From: Clostridiales bacterium
GTDB lineage: Bacteria; Bacillota; Clostridia; Christensenellales; UBA1242
Assembly (NCBI GenBank): GCA_015069325.1
Contig: SVIV01000002.1
Coordinates: forward strand, 97,886-161,885
DNA: 64,000 nt
Direction of reading: 5' to 3'
A program made the translations under genes and the position numbers. Numbering within the stretch: the stretch's first letter is position 1; each line of letters begins with the position of its first letter. The notes beneath the pieces are model-generated. The model saw only the letters and a list, made by a program, of their open reading frames with translations, ran no database searches and was not told where the DNA came from. Shown here in pieces: positions 52,539 to 61,808 of the stretch.

Positions 52539-53848
52539 TATTCTTCCCCCTTACCCTTTAGGACAAATTTTATAGGAGTCCCAGAAAAGTCAATTCTTTC
52601 TCTAAATCTATTTTCAAGATATCTTTCGTATGAGAAATTGATTAGTTTTGGTTCATTCACAAACAAAACAAATGTTGGCGGATTTGTAGATGCCTGAGTA
52701 ATATATCTAATTTTAGCACGTCGTCCACTTCGCGCAGGTGGCTCAAAATTTAAAATAGCATCATGAAGAAGCTCATTTAAAAGACCAGTTGTAATTCTTT
52801 TAGATGCATTTTCATAAACTTTTTCCACTACGCCCATAATTTGACCAGTGCTTGTGCCGGTCAGCGCAGAAACAAATATAACTTCAAAATAACTCATAAA
52901 CGAAAGTGCTTCTTTAAGCATCAATTCATATTCAGGTTTACTTTTTGATTTGATGTCCCACTTGTTTACCACTATAACACTTGGTTTCCCCGCTTCATGA
53001 ACATACCCTGCAACTCTCACGTCTTGCTCTGAAAGCATATCTTGACTTCCATCGACAACAATTATTGACACATCTGATTCATCTATTGCAGACATTGTCC
53101 TTAAAACAGAATAACCTTCTACCGAAACTTTTTCTACCGACCTTTGTCTGCGAAGTCCCGCAGTATCAACAAGCGCATAATCTTTTTTATTGTATTTGAA
53201 TGGCACCAAAACACTATCTCTTGTTGTCCCTTCAATATTTGAAACAACAACCCTTTCGCTTCCGATAAGCCTGTTGACCAAACTTGATTTACCCACATTC
53301 GGTCTTCCCACAATGGCAATCTTTGTTTCTTTGCTTTCGTCTAAATCAACATCTTGTTTAAAGTTTTTCACTACAGCATCAAGCACATCGCCAAGCCCTT
53401 TACTTTGCATTACTGAAAGTGGATAAGGCTCGCCTAAGCCCAGCGAATAAAACTCGTAAGTCTTTTCAACATCAAAATTATCCAGTTTGTTTACAACCAA
53501 AACAACGGGAGTCTTACTTTTTTGTAAAATCTCAGCAACTTCTTCATCGTTTGGCGTTACTCCAACCCTGCCATCTACTAAAAAGACAATTACATCTGCT
53601 TCATTAATCGCAATAAGCGCCTGCTTTTTGATATCTTTTTGAAATATATCCTCACTTCTTTCATCAAGACCACCCGTATCAACTAAAGTAAAACTATGCC
53701 CAACCCATTCTGCATCGGCATAAATTCTATCACGAGTAACACCCGGACTATCATCAACAATACTAATTCTTTTTCCACATATTTTATTGAAAAAAGTGCT
53801 TTTTCCAACATTAGGTCTTCCTACTACAGCAACAATTGGTTTACGCAT
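52538..53848 (-). CDS. der: Ribosome biogenesis GTPase Der
   Basis: Two GRPNVGKS domains, TRD, DTGG/DTAG; start at MRKPI (AAGGAG). Confidence 0.97.
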   Translation of the reverse strand: MRKPIVAVVGRPNVGKSTFFNKICGKRISIVDDSPGVTRDRIYADAEWVGHSFTLVDTGGLDERSEDIFQKDIKKQALIAINEADVIVFLVDGRVGVTPNDEEVAEILQKSKTPVVLVVNKLDNFDVEKTYEFYSLGLGEPYPLSVMQSKGLGDVLDAVVKNFKQDVDLDESKETKIAIVGRPNVGKSSLVNRLIGSERVVVSNIEGTTRDSVLVPFKYNKKDYALVDTAGLRRQRSVEKVSVEGYSVLRTMSAIDESDVSIIVVDGSQDMLSEQDVRVAGYVHEAGKPSVIVVNKWDIKSKSKPEYELMLKEALSFMSYFEVIFVSALTGTSTGQIMGVVEKVYENASKRITTGLLNELLHDAILNFEPPARSGRRAKIRYITQASTNPPTFVLFVNEPKLINFSYERYLENRFRERIDFSGTPIKFVLKGKGEE

Positions 53849-53975
53849 AAAATCTCCTTTCATATACTTTAACATAATCAATCAAAAAAAATCAATCAAA
53901 AATCACATTTTATTGTTTTTATTTCTCATCTCTACATATAAAAAGCTTGAGAATAATATCATCTCAAGCGTAATC

Positions 53976-54923
53976 TTAAACATATAAAATTGATAGAACC
54001 AAGAAATATAGTGCATTTTCTTGCAACATTTCCCCACTTTTGATCATATAGTCCACTTTTTCTAAAAGCGAATAAATTTTCTTCAGTTGCATCTTAGAAA
54101 AGTTTTTTATTTGACCGCGTTGCTTTGAAATTGCCCACTCTTTCGCCCCTAAGCACGATGCTAGCTCTTTATCAGACATATCACTAATAGAAATCAAAAA
54201 CAACCTTCTAAAATGATTAGTAATAAGCCCCAAAATGCCTTGTTCTTTTTTGAGTGCATCAATCAGTTTTATTGCCCTATCACCATTTTTCTTCCCCAAA
54301 GCATCAGTAAGTTCATATACAACGAATTCATCTTCCTTCGCAACCAAAGATTCAACCAATTTTTTTGTGATAAGCTTGTCATTCATATCGTAATAAGCAA
54401 GCTTATCAACTTCACTTACAATTCGAGTGAGATAACCGTTGCAATATTCATATAAAACTTGAGCGCCTTCTGCAGAAATTTGTTTATTTTTCTTTGCAAA
54501 CTCATTCGCAATTACACTTAACGCCATATTTTGTTCAAATCTTTTACAATCAACAAAAGCAGTCAAATCTTTAATAGATGCGAATTTATCGTGCATATCA
54601 AATATTATAAGAATTGTTGACGCAACAGGGCTCTTTAAATATTCTGCAAGCATTTTTTTGTCTGCTTCGCTTACCTTTTGAATATTTTTCAACACCACAA
54701 CTCGATAATTATCCCCCATTGGCATAACTTCCATTGCATCTAAAACAGCTTTCATTGAAAAACTGTCATCATCAAACTTAACAAGATTAAAATCTTCTAA
54801 ATTTAACCCCGCTTTTTTCATAATCATTGAATACGCACGAAGATAAAGTTCATAATCTTCTCCTTCAAGCAAATAACAATTTTTCAATCCTTCTTCTTTT
54901 ATCCTTACTTTTAATGTTTTCAA
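53976..54923 (-). CDS. holA: DNA polymerase III delta subunit
   Basis: YLLEGED, EVDKL..Y, D..IKSG; position after comEC. Confidence 0.88.
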   Translation of the reverse strand: MKTLKVRIKEEGLKNCYLLEGEDYELYLRAYSMIMKKAGLNLEDFNLVKFDDDSFSMKAVLDAMEVMPMGDNYRVVVLKNIQKVSEADKKMLAEYLKSPVASTILIIFDMHDKFASIKDLTAFVDCKRFEQNMALSVIANEFAKKNKQISAEGAQVLYEYCNGYLTRIVSEVDKLAYYDMNDKLITKKLVESLVAKEDEFVVYELTDALGKKNGDRAIKLIDALKKEQGILGLITNHFRRLFLISISDMSDKELASCLGAKEWAISKQRGQIKNFSKMQLKKIYSLLEKVDYMIKSGEMLQENALYFLVLSILYV

Positions 54924-57013
54924 TCTAAACTCCTAAAACTCAAATTTTTGCCATCAAAGGCAAAATTACCCAACGCATTAAATGAATAGTTACAGCCAAC
55001 AACATATTTATTTGCGATATGAACAAAATCGCCATCTCCGAGTGAATAATCTGCAAAAACAAAATCAAACTTATATGTATTATTCAGCTTTCTAAATTCA
55101 TTATAACAATTATTGTTCCCAGATGCAATAAAAACTTCGTTTTCATCAAAAACAACCCTTGTTCCTACAAATTTTTCTTCAACTAAACAATACGTCAGTT
55201 TAAAACCGCCAAGCATGTAATCCTTATTAAATTCACAAACTATATTTTCATCGTATGCTCCATCTTCAAAACTTAAAAAACAACTGGAAATTAAGTCCTG
55301 TAAGGCATCATAGCGATAACTATTCACTCTGTCATTTGCCACAAAAATATCACACGTGCTGTTGGTTTTATCCATTAATTTGCCAAGAAGATAGCAATCG
55401 CCTACAGCAAGTATTTCTCCACTAGAATTTTTCAGCACAACACTTGACTGATTATACTGAGAAATGTATGAAATTGTGGATAACGTGTCTGTTTTAAAAT
55501 AATATCCTAAAGTCGAACAAGCAAAACATAACATCACAACAGTAATTGCAACAACTTTCTCCTTTCCCAGCATCACCAAATAATCACTAATAATGAAAGA
55601 AGCAACATAGAAAAGCAGAATGTTTACATATCCCATATTTTTAATATATATTTTTGATTGCTCTACATTAAAAAACTGAGCAATCATAAAAATTAAAGTA
55701 AACGCAAAATCTGCAACAATTAGCAGTTTCGCAAGAAAAGGAATCAATAACGATAAAAAGGAAACTGCAAATAAAAATGGATAAACAACGCCAAATAAAG
55801 GCACTACGAAAAAGTTTGCAAAAATTGAAAGGAGATTAATTTCTCCGCCCATTAAACAAAGAAGTGGTAATATTCCTATTTGCGCAGCAATGCCTACTGC
55901 AAAGACATCATAAACTTGCTTAGGCATAATTTTAGAAAGAAGTTTTTGCACTACCGGCATAATCACGTTTATACCAATTACGCAAAATACACTCATCAAA
56001 AAGCCAAAATCAACTCCGCTTAAAGGACTGCATAAACAAATAAGAAACCCCGCAACACCTAAAGCATTAAGACTGTCATATTTGCGATATAAAAGTTTAC
56101 TAAGCATAAAGATAATCCCCATTATCCCAGCTCTTAAAACAGAAGGTGTGAAATTGCATAAGTATGCATAAAAGAGAATAAAGCCCGCTGTCAAAACAAA
56201 ATTCACATACTTGTTGATACTGCATTTTTTCATTAAACCAAAAATTAAAGAGATTAAAAAGCTTACGTGCAGACCGCTTACCGTCAAAATGTGGATAATT
56301 CCAGCACCCTTATATGCCGAATAAATATCTGAATCTAAATTATTCTTGTCTCCAAACAGCGAAGCAAATGCTGTTTCTGCATTATCTGGCGACATATTCT
56401 CATAAAGTTTATCTTTAATAGAAAGCCTTACAATTTCGTCAAATGTTTTGTATCCTTCAGTTACAACTACATTTTTAAAATTGCAAGTAGCATTATATCT
56501 CACACCACTTCTGTATGCCGATGTATTAAAATCTCCTAAAGTAAATGGTCTGACATTTTCAAGTTCACTTTCAAAAGAAATGAAACTGCCAATTTCTGGC
56601 AATAATGCACAATTTGTAATTTCAACGCAAACATTGCCTTCATTTTTGCCATTTATTTCCACGCTATCTAAAATGACTGAATAAGAATACTTTTCTTCGC
56701 TTATGCTGTCGGTAATCCTGCCCACTACAACCGCCTTACCCACATATTCAGTTGCCTTAAAAGACTCAATCCCTACAAAATACCACGAACAACCTAATAT
56801 AAACGAAAAAATAAGGGCAAGCATCTGCTTTAAATGCTTATTTATAATTGAATAAAGCGAAAATAAAATAAGGATTAAAGAAGTTATGATGATATATTCC
56901 ACGCTTCCGTTAAAAATATATCTTACCACATTAATTCCTAGTAAGAACATTAAGAAAGGATAAAACAGCCATCTAAAATTCATCTTTTTCATTTGTTTAA
57001 AACATTTTAACAA
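54920..57013 (-). CDS. comEC: ComEC/Rec2 competence channel (C-terminal MBL domain degenerate)
   Basis: AGIIHILTVSGLHV, PSVLRA, GFLMS; many TM helices; no HxHxDH in the C-terminus. Confidence 0.88.
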   Translation of the reverse strand: MLKCFKQMKKMNFRWLFYPFLMFLLGINVVRYIFNGSVEYIIITSLILILFSLYSIINKHLKQMLALIFSFILGCSWYFVGIESFKATEYVGKAVVVGRITDSISEEKYSYSVILDSVEINGKNEGNVCVEITNCALLPEIGSFISFESELENVRPFTLGDFNTSAYRSGVRYNATCNFKNVVVTEGYKTFDEIVRLSIKDKLYENMSPDNAETAFASLFGDKNNLDSDIYSAYKGAGIIHILTVSGLHVSFLISLIFGLMKKCSINKYVNFVLTAGFILFYAYLCNFTPSVLRAGIMGIIFMLSKLLYRKYDSLNALGVAGFLICLCSPLSGVDFGFLMSVFCVIGINVIMPVVQKLLSKIMPKQVYDVFAVGIAAQIGILPLLCLMGGEINLLSIFANFFVVPLFGVVYPFLFAVSFLSLLIPFLAKLLIVADFAFTLIFMIAQFFNVEQSKIYIKNMGYVNILLFYVASFIISDYLVMLGKEKVVAITVVMLCFACSTLGYYFKTDTLSTISYISQYNQSSVVLKNSSGEILAVGDCYLLGKLMDKTNSTCDIFVANDRVNSYRYDALQDLISSCFLSFEDGAYDENIVCEFNKDYMLGGFKLTYCLVEEKFVGTRVVFDENEVFIASGNNNCYNEFRKLNNTYKFDFVFADYSLGDGDFVHIANKYVVGCNYSFNALGNFAFDGKNLSFRSLD

Positions 57014-57046
57014 AATTTCACACTTTTTTCAAGCCTTTTACACACA

Positions 57047-57074
57047 AAAAGCATCTCGATTAAGAGACGCTTTT
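57047..57074 (-). terminator. Intrinsic terminator
   Basis: AAAAGCaTCTC-gattaa-GAGAcGCTTTT. Confidence 0.65.
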
Positions 57075-57079
57075 ATTTT

Positions 57080-58717
57080 TTATTTTAAAGTAAGATATCC
57101 AGTATTTGTGTTTGCCATTGTGTAAGAAATATTGCTTGAATTCCACGCAACTGCACCAACTAAATTTGTTGAGCAACCCGAGAATGTGTCTGATCCGGTT
57201 GTAACACTTGCTGTTGACCAACCACTTCCGACATAAATTGTCTTAAGTTTTGTGTTGCTACCAAATGTCTTACTCATATTATTCACTTTCGATGTATTAA
57301 ATGATGACAAATCAATAACTTGCATTGTAGTAATATAAAACATTTGTTCCATATTTATTAAACTTGAAGTATTCCAGCCAGAAATATCTAATTTTTTCAA
57401 TCCAGTTGCATTACGGAACATCATTCTAAAAGAAGTTACTTTTGCAGTATTAAAGTGAGTTAAATCTAAACTTGTTAAGCCTTGGCAGTCCTTAAATACC
57501 CCTTCCATAGTGTTAGCAGACTGTGTATTAAAAGTTGAAATATCTAAATTTGCAAGCTTGCTACACCCTTCAAACATACGAATAAAATTTGTAACAGCAC
57601 TTGTGTCAAAATGAGAAAGATCTAAACTTGTTAAGCCCGAACAACCAGCGAACATATATTTAAAAGATCCTGACGCAGAAGTATCAAAAAGAGAACTATC
57701 TAAAGTTGTCAACGCTGCCTGCATACGAAACATAAATTCGAAATGACCTAAAGCTGAAGTGTCAACATTTTTAAAGACTATTGATGTGCATTGAAATGTC
57801 ATAGTGCTAGGATTTGGCACATTAGCTCCAGAAGTAGCGAGATTACTATCACAAAAATCAAAATTTTCAGGAAGAACAATTGTATTTCTTGATGAAACTG
57901 TCATTTTGCTTCCTGACATTTGAGCTCTGATACTTCCATCACCCGCAGCTGACACATCTTCGCCTTGTGGATTTTGAGAATAAATTGTTTCAAATGCAGT
58001 AATTTGTTTGCCTTGTGCTTTTGCAAAAGTGTAAAGTTTTGATTCACTTAATGTTGAACCGCTTGTTTCTTTTGTATGATGATTTAATGTAAGTGAAAAA
58101 CTTCCCAAGCATTCAGCAGTGCTGTTTAAGTCTTTTACAGAAACAGTAACTTTAATAAATTTATACCCATATGCTGCAGCATTGCTTATTTTATTGTTCG
58201 TCCAAGCATTTTCTTCAATTGAAGATGCAGAAGCGGTTGTCATAAATGTTGAGCTATCATAATATTCTGTTTTAATAACAACATTTTCTTTTACTTCAAA
58301 AGTTTGTTCCAACACTACTTGCACATAATCTTTGTTTCTAAGATTATGAACTGTGAAATAGAAAACTACTTCTGGCGTTTCTGGTGTAAGACCAATATCT
58401 CCAAGCCAAATAGACTTTTGTGGAAGTGGATCTGTAGATGCGTTGAAAACAACATAACCTTCTTCATTGGTTACGACATTTCCTTCTTTATCTGCATCAA
58501 TTGTAACGACAGGAACTCCTGAATTTGGAATGTATTTTTCTGTCCTTATTTCTGCCGCAACATTTTCCCCTACTTGATAACCTACTTCAAAGCCAGCACT
58601 CAAGTTTTGTGTTGTAGCCGCCCATACACCAACAATAGCCCCTAACACCAACATAAAGCCGAAACATAATGAAAGAACCGTTGTTCTAAATTTTTTTCCA
58701 GATATAGTTTTTGCCAT
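57080..58717 (-). CDS. Fibre-subunit-like domain fused to BspA-like/DUF285-type LRR surface domain
   Basis: N-terminus GAIVGVWA/ATTQNLSAGFEVGY..VAA, FYFTVHN, VTVSVKD; C-terminal ~26-aa LDLSxFDTSxVTxxxxMFxxC repeats. Confidence 0.78.
   Translation of the reverse strand: MAKTISGKKFRTTVLSLCFGFMLVLGAIVGVWAATTQNLSAGFEVGYQVGENVAAEIRTEKYIPNSGVPVVTIDADKEGNVVTNEEGYVVFNASTDPLPQKSIWLGDIGLTPETPEVVFYFTVHNLRNKDYVQVVLEQTFEVKENVVIKTEYYDSSTFMTTASASSIEENAWTNNKISNAAAYGYKFIKVTVSVKDLNSTAECLGSFSLTLNHHTKETSGSTLSESKLYTFAKAQGKQITAFETIYSQNPQGEDVSAAGDGSIRAQMSGSKMTVSSRNTIVLPENFDFCDSNLATSGANVPNPSTMTFQCTSIVFKNVDTSALGHFEFMFRMQAALTTLDSSLFDTSASGSFKYMFAGCSGLTSLDLSHFDTSAVTNFIRMFEGCSKLANLDISTFNTQSANTMEGVFKDCQGLTSLDLTHFNTAKVTSFRMMFRNATGLKKLDISGWNTSSLINMEQMFYITTMQVIDLSSFNTSKVNNMSKTFGSNTKLKTIYVGSGWSTASVTTGSDTFSGCSTNLVGAVAWNSSNISYTMANTNTGYLTLK
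57240..57780 (-). repeat. About seven 26-aa (78-nt) leucine-rich repeats
   Basis: TCTAAACTTGTTAAGCC recurs at 57465 and 57621, 156 nt apart (2 x 78). Confidence 0.8.
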
Positions 58718-58790
58718 ACTTACCCCTTTTTCTGTATTTTACAATACTATTTACAAATTAGTCAAGCAATTTTCAATATTTTTTTAAACA

Positions 58791-58822
58791 AAAAAAAGAG
58801 ACGCCTTTTTGCATCTCTTTTT
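58791..58822 (-). terminator. Terminator closing the phage-like operon
   Basis: AAAAGAGAcGC-ctttttt-GCaTCTCTTTT imperfect hairpin with T-run on the minus strand. Confidence 0.6.
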
Positions 58823-58832
58823 CCTGAAAAAT

Positions 58833-59069
58833 TTAATTTTCATCATCATTTTGTTGTTGATTTTCGCCCTTTTCGTCCTGCTCAGCCTTTTTTTCGCCAT
58901 TCATTGACACAACTCCTAAGACAACCAAAACTCCCGCGAAGGCCAAAATTACATTTTCAATAAGTTTGCTTTCAATTGAAAAGCCAAATAGTTCACCCAA
59001 AGCATTAACTAAAAGAACAACAGCGCCTGCAAAAGCAGTCCAAAATCCATAACTTTTAAAGATTTTCAT
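58833..59069 (-). CDS. Small two-TM holin-like protein
   Basis: KS..FW.A motif, two TMs, LVVLGVV, charged tail. Confidence 0.6.
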   Translation of the reverse strand: MKIFKSYGFWTAFAGAVVLLVNALGELFGFSIESKLIENVILAFAGVLVVLGVVSMNGEKKAEQDEKGENQQQNDDEN

Positions 59070-59285
59070 TTAATCCCCCTTTGAAATCATATCTTTAAGG
59101 TCTGCAAGTTCTTCTCTGACCTTTTCTATAATAATCAAATGCGTTGAAAGTTCGTTGATGGTATTTCGATATGCCTGCTCACGTTTTTGACTGTCTTTTA
59201 ATTGATAAAACAATAAAAAGACAAACAACATTGCAAATATGCCGTTACCTACAACCGAACTTATAAGTTCTGTCCAGAAATTCAT
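59070..59285 (-). CDS. BhlA/UviB-family holin-like protein
   Basis: NGIFAMLFVFLLFYQLKDS.KRE..Y. Confidence 0.8.
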   Translation of the reverse strand: MNFWTELISSVVGNGIFAMLFVFLLFYQLKDSQKREQAYRNTINELSTHLIIIEKVREELADLKDMISKGD

Positions 59286-59287
59286 AT

Positions 59288-59395
59288 CTACCTCTTTTTA
59301 TCCGCTATTGCTAGCATTTTTTCGGTTGAAAGAGTTTCAAGCAAAAACTCTTCATAATTTATCAAATCTATATGATTTCTGTTTATAATTTTCAT
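59288..59395 (-). CDS. 35-aa hypothetical peptide
   Basis: MKIINRNHIDLINYEEFLLETLSTEKMLAIADKKR*; ATGA overlap with the upstream gene and fills the gap to the holin gene. Confidence 0.45.
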   Translation of the reverse strand: MKIINRNHIDLINYEEFLLETLSTEKMLAIADKKR

Positions 59396-60885
59396 TTTGA
59401 CACCGTTACAACAAAATTACTAATATAATCATCTTCACCGCTGGCAGACTCAACTGCAATTTCAAACATATTGCCCAAAACATTCACTTGAATTTTCTGC
59501 ACATCCTTATCACCTTTAACAAAACACACCTTTTCACCTAAGTCGCTTTTAAACGAAACTTTGCAATCGCTAAACGAAGTTATTAAGAAAGATTTTATTC
59601 GCTTTCTTTCACCTGGCATATCAAAATCCAGTTTTCCACTTTTCCACATGTTAGAAAGTTTTTGCCCAAAAACATTCCCATTTTTTGTAAGCTGACCAAT
59701 CATTCCCTTGTTTTCATTATAAAAGCAAGCAATAAACTTTGATTTTAAGTTGTTTGTAAGGGCAAGCATTTGTCTAATATCTACTCCACGTAAAAGATCA
59801 ACTTGTTTATTTGCAATATCATAAATTATCAATAGATTATTCTTAAATCCATTTTCACAATTTTCACAGCCAATTATCTGCCCATCTTTAAAATCAGCTC
59901 TACAAGCCAAGAAGTATTTTCCGTCATAACACTCTGCATTAATATATCGATTATCCATACCATTCAACATCTGCAAACATTTGATTTCAATTTCTTTGAC
60001 ACTTGTCCCGTTAAACACTTTAAGTTTGTCCCCTTCTATAAAGTAAACATTGTCGCCGTATTCAACAATTGTGTTTGGCTGAATATAATTGGACGCTCTA
60101 TAAACGTGGCTGACTGCAAAAGATTGGCTATTACTGTATGCGGAAATTTCTGTTATCCCAAAATCTCTAAATAAATATATATAATCATTAAATGATATGA
60201 TTCTATTTAAATCTCCCCTTTCATCTGTAAAATCGAGATTTTTTGTAAGGGAATTATCCCAATTAATCACGTCTGTATCTGTATAAACTAAACTCCCCCT
60301 TGCTTCTGCAGTAATGGCAAACAGTTTACCATAATGAGAACAACAAGAAATTATACCTGGAGTTTCTACTTCTTTTCGCACTCCCAAACTTGTAATCACA
60401 AGCGTCTTGCCATCTTTTGATGAAAGCAAAATTGCGTCCTGTTTATCATATCGATAATGTGTTATAAATGGCAGACTAGAAAACTTCGTAGGATAAGAAA
60501 AAGAAATGCTTCTTTGTCTAAACAATGCATCAAAGCACACTTCGTTTGCATCATTATAATAAAACAGACAATTGCAATCTGCTTCTAAATCTATGTCATA
60601 ATATTTCAATTTCCAAACGTGTTGAACTTCTGTTCCTTTGATGCTAAAATCAGATTCAACATCTAAATTTTGATCATCGACAGGCATAGTCAAAGCTTTA
60701 AAACCATATCCACTTTTTAAACTTCCATCTTCTGAAATAAAGTTGTATGATAATTTTGCCTGCCCCGTTTTAAGCAGGACATCATCATCTTTGATGTTCT
60801 GTTCTTGTGCAAAAATATCAAATTCAAACTGTCTTTCAGTTTCCTTTTTACCTTTAAGAGTTTTCTTATAAAACATTAAAGCCAA
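59392..60885 (-). CDS. Putative podovirus-type nozzle / head-closure (beta-propeller-like) protein
   Basis: Beta-rich 497 aa; HYGKLF, WKSG.LDF..PG..KRIK; position after adaptor-like gene. Confidence 0.5.
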   Translation of the reverse strand: MALMFYKKTLKGKKETERQFEFDIFAQEQNIKDDDVLLKTGQAKLSYNFISEDGSLKSGYGFKALTMPVDDQNLDVESDFSIKGTEVQHVWKLKYYDIDLEADCNCLFYYNDANEVCFDALFRQRSISFSYPTKFSSLPFITHYRYDKQDAILLSSKDGKTLVITSLGVRKEVETPGIISCCSHYGKLFAITAEARGSLVYTDTDVINWDNSLTKNLDFTDERGDLNRIISFNDYIYLFRDFGITEISAYSNSQSFAVSHVYRASNYIQPNTIVEYGDNVYFIEGDKLKVFNGTSVKEIEIKCLQMLNGMDNRYINAECYDGKYFLACRADFKDGQIIGCENCENGFKNNLLIIYDIANKQVDLLRGVDIRQMLALTNNLKSKFIACFYNENKGMIGQLTKNGNVFGQKLSNMWKSGKLDFDMPGERKRIKSFLITSFSDCKVSFKSDLGEKVCFVKGDKDVQKIQVNVLGNMFEIAVESASGEDDYISNFVVTVSK

Positions 60886-61427
60886 CTCCTTCTAGGAATC
60901 TTCACTTCGCTTTTTTGTCTTAGCATAATTTGAAGCGAACCTTTAAATCTCTCTTCCCAAATATTTGCATCTTGATATAAGTTGTTTAAAAAGAAATATT
61001 CTCTTGCCACACCATAAGCAAATATTCTTTCCGGTAAGGACGCAGAAAAATCATCATCAAAAGTAAGTTGCTTTGGTGATGTTGAATAAATCACTTCAAC
61101 ATCTTTCCCACAAACAAAAATATAATTATCAAAAATTTTGTAATGCACATTTCTGCCATATCTATCCTTAATCGAATAAATTTCAACAACTTCATTAGAG
61201 AATGATTTTAATTCAAGTTTAAAATTTTTTATTTCAAATTTTTCAGCAATCAAAATAGGTTGATATTCACAAGCAATTTCTTCCCTGACTAGATTAAAAC
61301 ATTTTACAAGTTTGTTCTTCAAATTTTCATCTTCTTCAGATAAACTTTCACCTTTGCGAAGTTTTTCTTCAAGTTCATCACAAGCAACAAAATCACAAGC
61401 TTTTATAATCACGTCTTTTACTTTCAT
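60876..61427 (-). CDS. Putative head-tail adaptor (tail tubular protein A-like)
   Basis: 183 aa; MKVKDVI, VIY...P, YGVA.EY, W...F; position after capsid. Confidence 0.5.
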   Translation of the reverse strand: MKVKDVIIKACDFVACDELEEKLRKGESLSEEDENLKNKLVKCFNLVREEIACEYQPILIAEKFEIKNFKLELKSFSNEVVEIYSIKDRYGRNVHYKIFDNYIFVCGKDVEVIYSTSPKQLTFDDDFSASLPERIFAYGVAREYFFLNNLYQDANIWEERFKGSLQIMLRQKSEVKIPRRSWL

Positions 61428-61735
61428 ACAATCTCCTTGAGCATATTCACCTGCTCTTTTATATTTTTCTCATATACCATTTGATTATTTTGTTCGATTT
61501 CTCTAAGAATGTTGTCCCTATTTTCAATTCTTGTTTTTCTTGCATAAACAAGCGTTCTTTCATCTAACTGAGAATAAGGAACTTTAAAACAAAAACTATT
61601 TTGCTTTTGTGCAGAAGAGTGCACTTCAAAACAATTTAAATCTGTATTAAAATACACTTCATACGATTCATCAATCTGCCTAAGCCTTTCGCAAATAAAG
61701 AAAACATCACTATTAATTTTTATTAATTTCTTCAA
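61424..61735 (-). CDS. Hypothetical protein in the capsid operon
   Basis: AAGGAG SD, TTG start; overlaps next gene. Confidence 0.65.
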   Translation of the reverse strand: MKKLIKINSDVFFICERLRQIDESYEVYFNTDLNCFEVHSSAQKQNSFCFKVPYSQLDERTLVYARKTRIENRDNILREIEQNNQMVYEKNIKEQVNMLKEIV

Positions 61736-61755
61736 AACAATCTCCTTTTTATATG

Positions 61756-61791
61756 AAAAAGAGCAAAAAAATAAGATTTTTGCTCTTTTTT
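61756..61791 (-). terminator. Hairpin after the capsid gene (terminator or stoichiometry attenuator)
   Basis: AAAAAGAGCAAAAA-aataaga-TTTTTGCTCTTTTT. Confidence 0.7.
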
Positions 61792-61808
61792 AACCAATTT
61801 TTATTAAA

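Noticed and set aside
57240-57780. Diversity-generating retroelement target
   Set aside because: The repeats are in-frame LRR units; no reverse transcriptase or adenine-specific TR/VR pair seen
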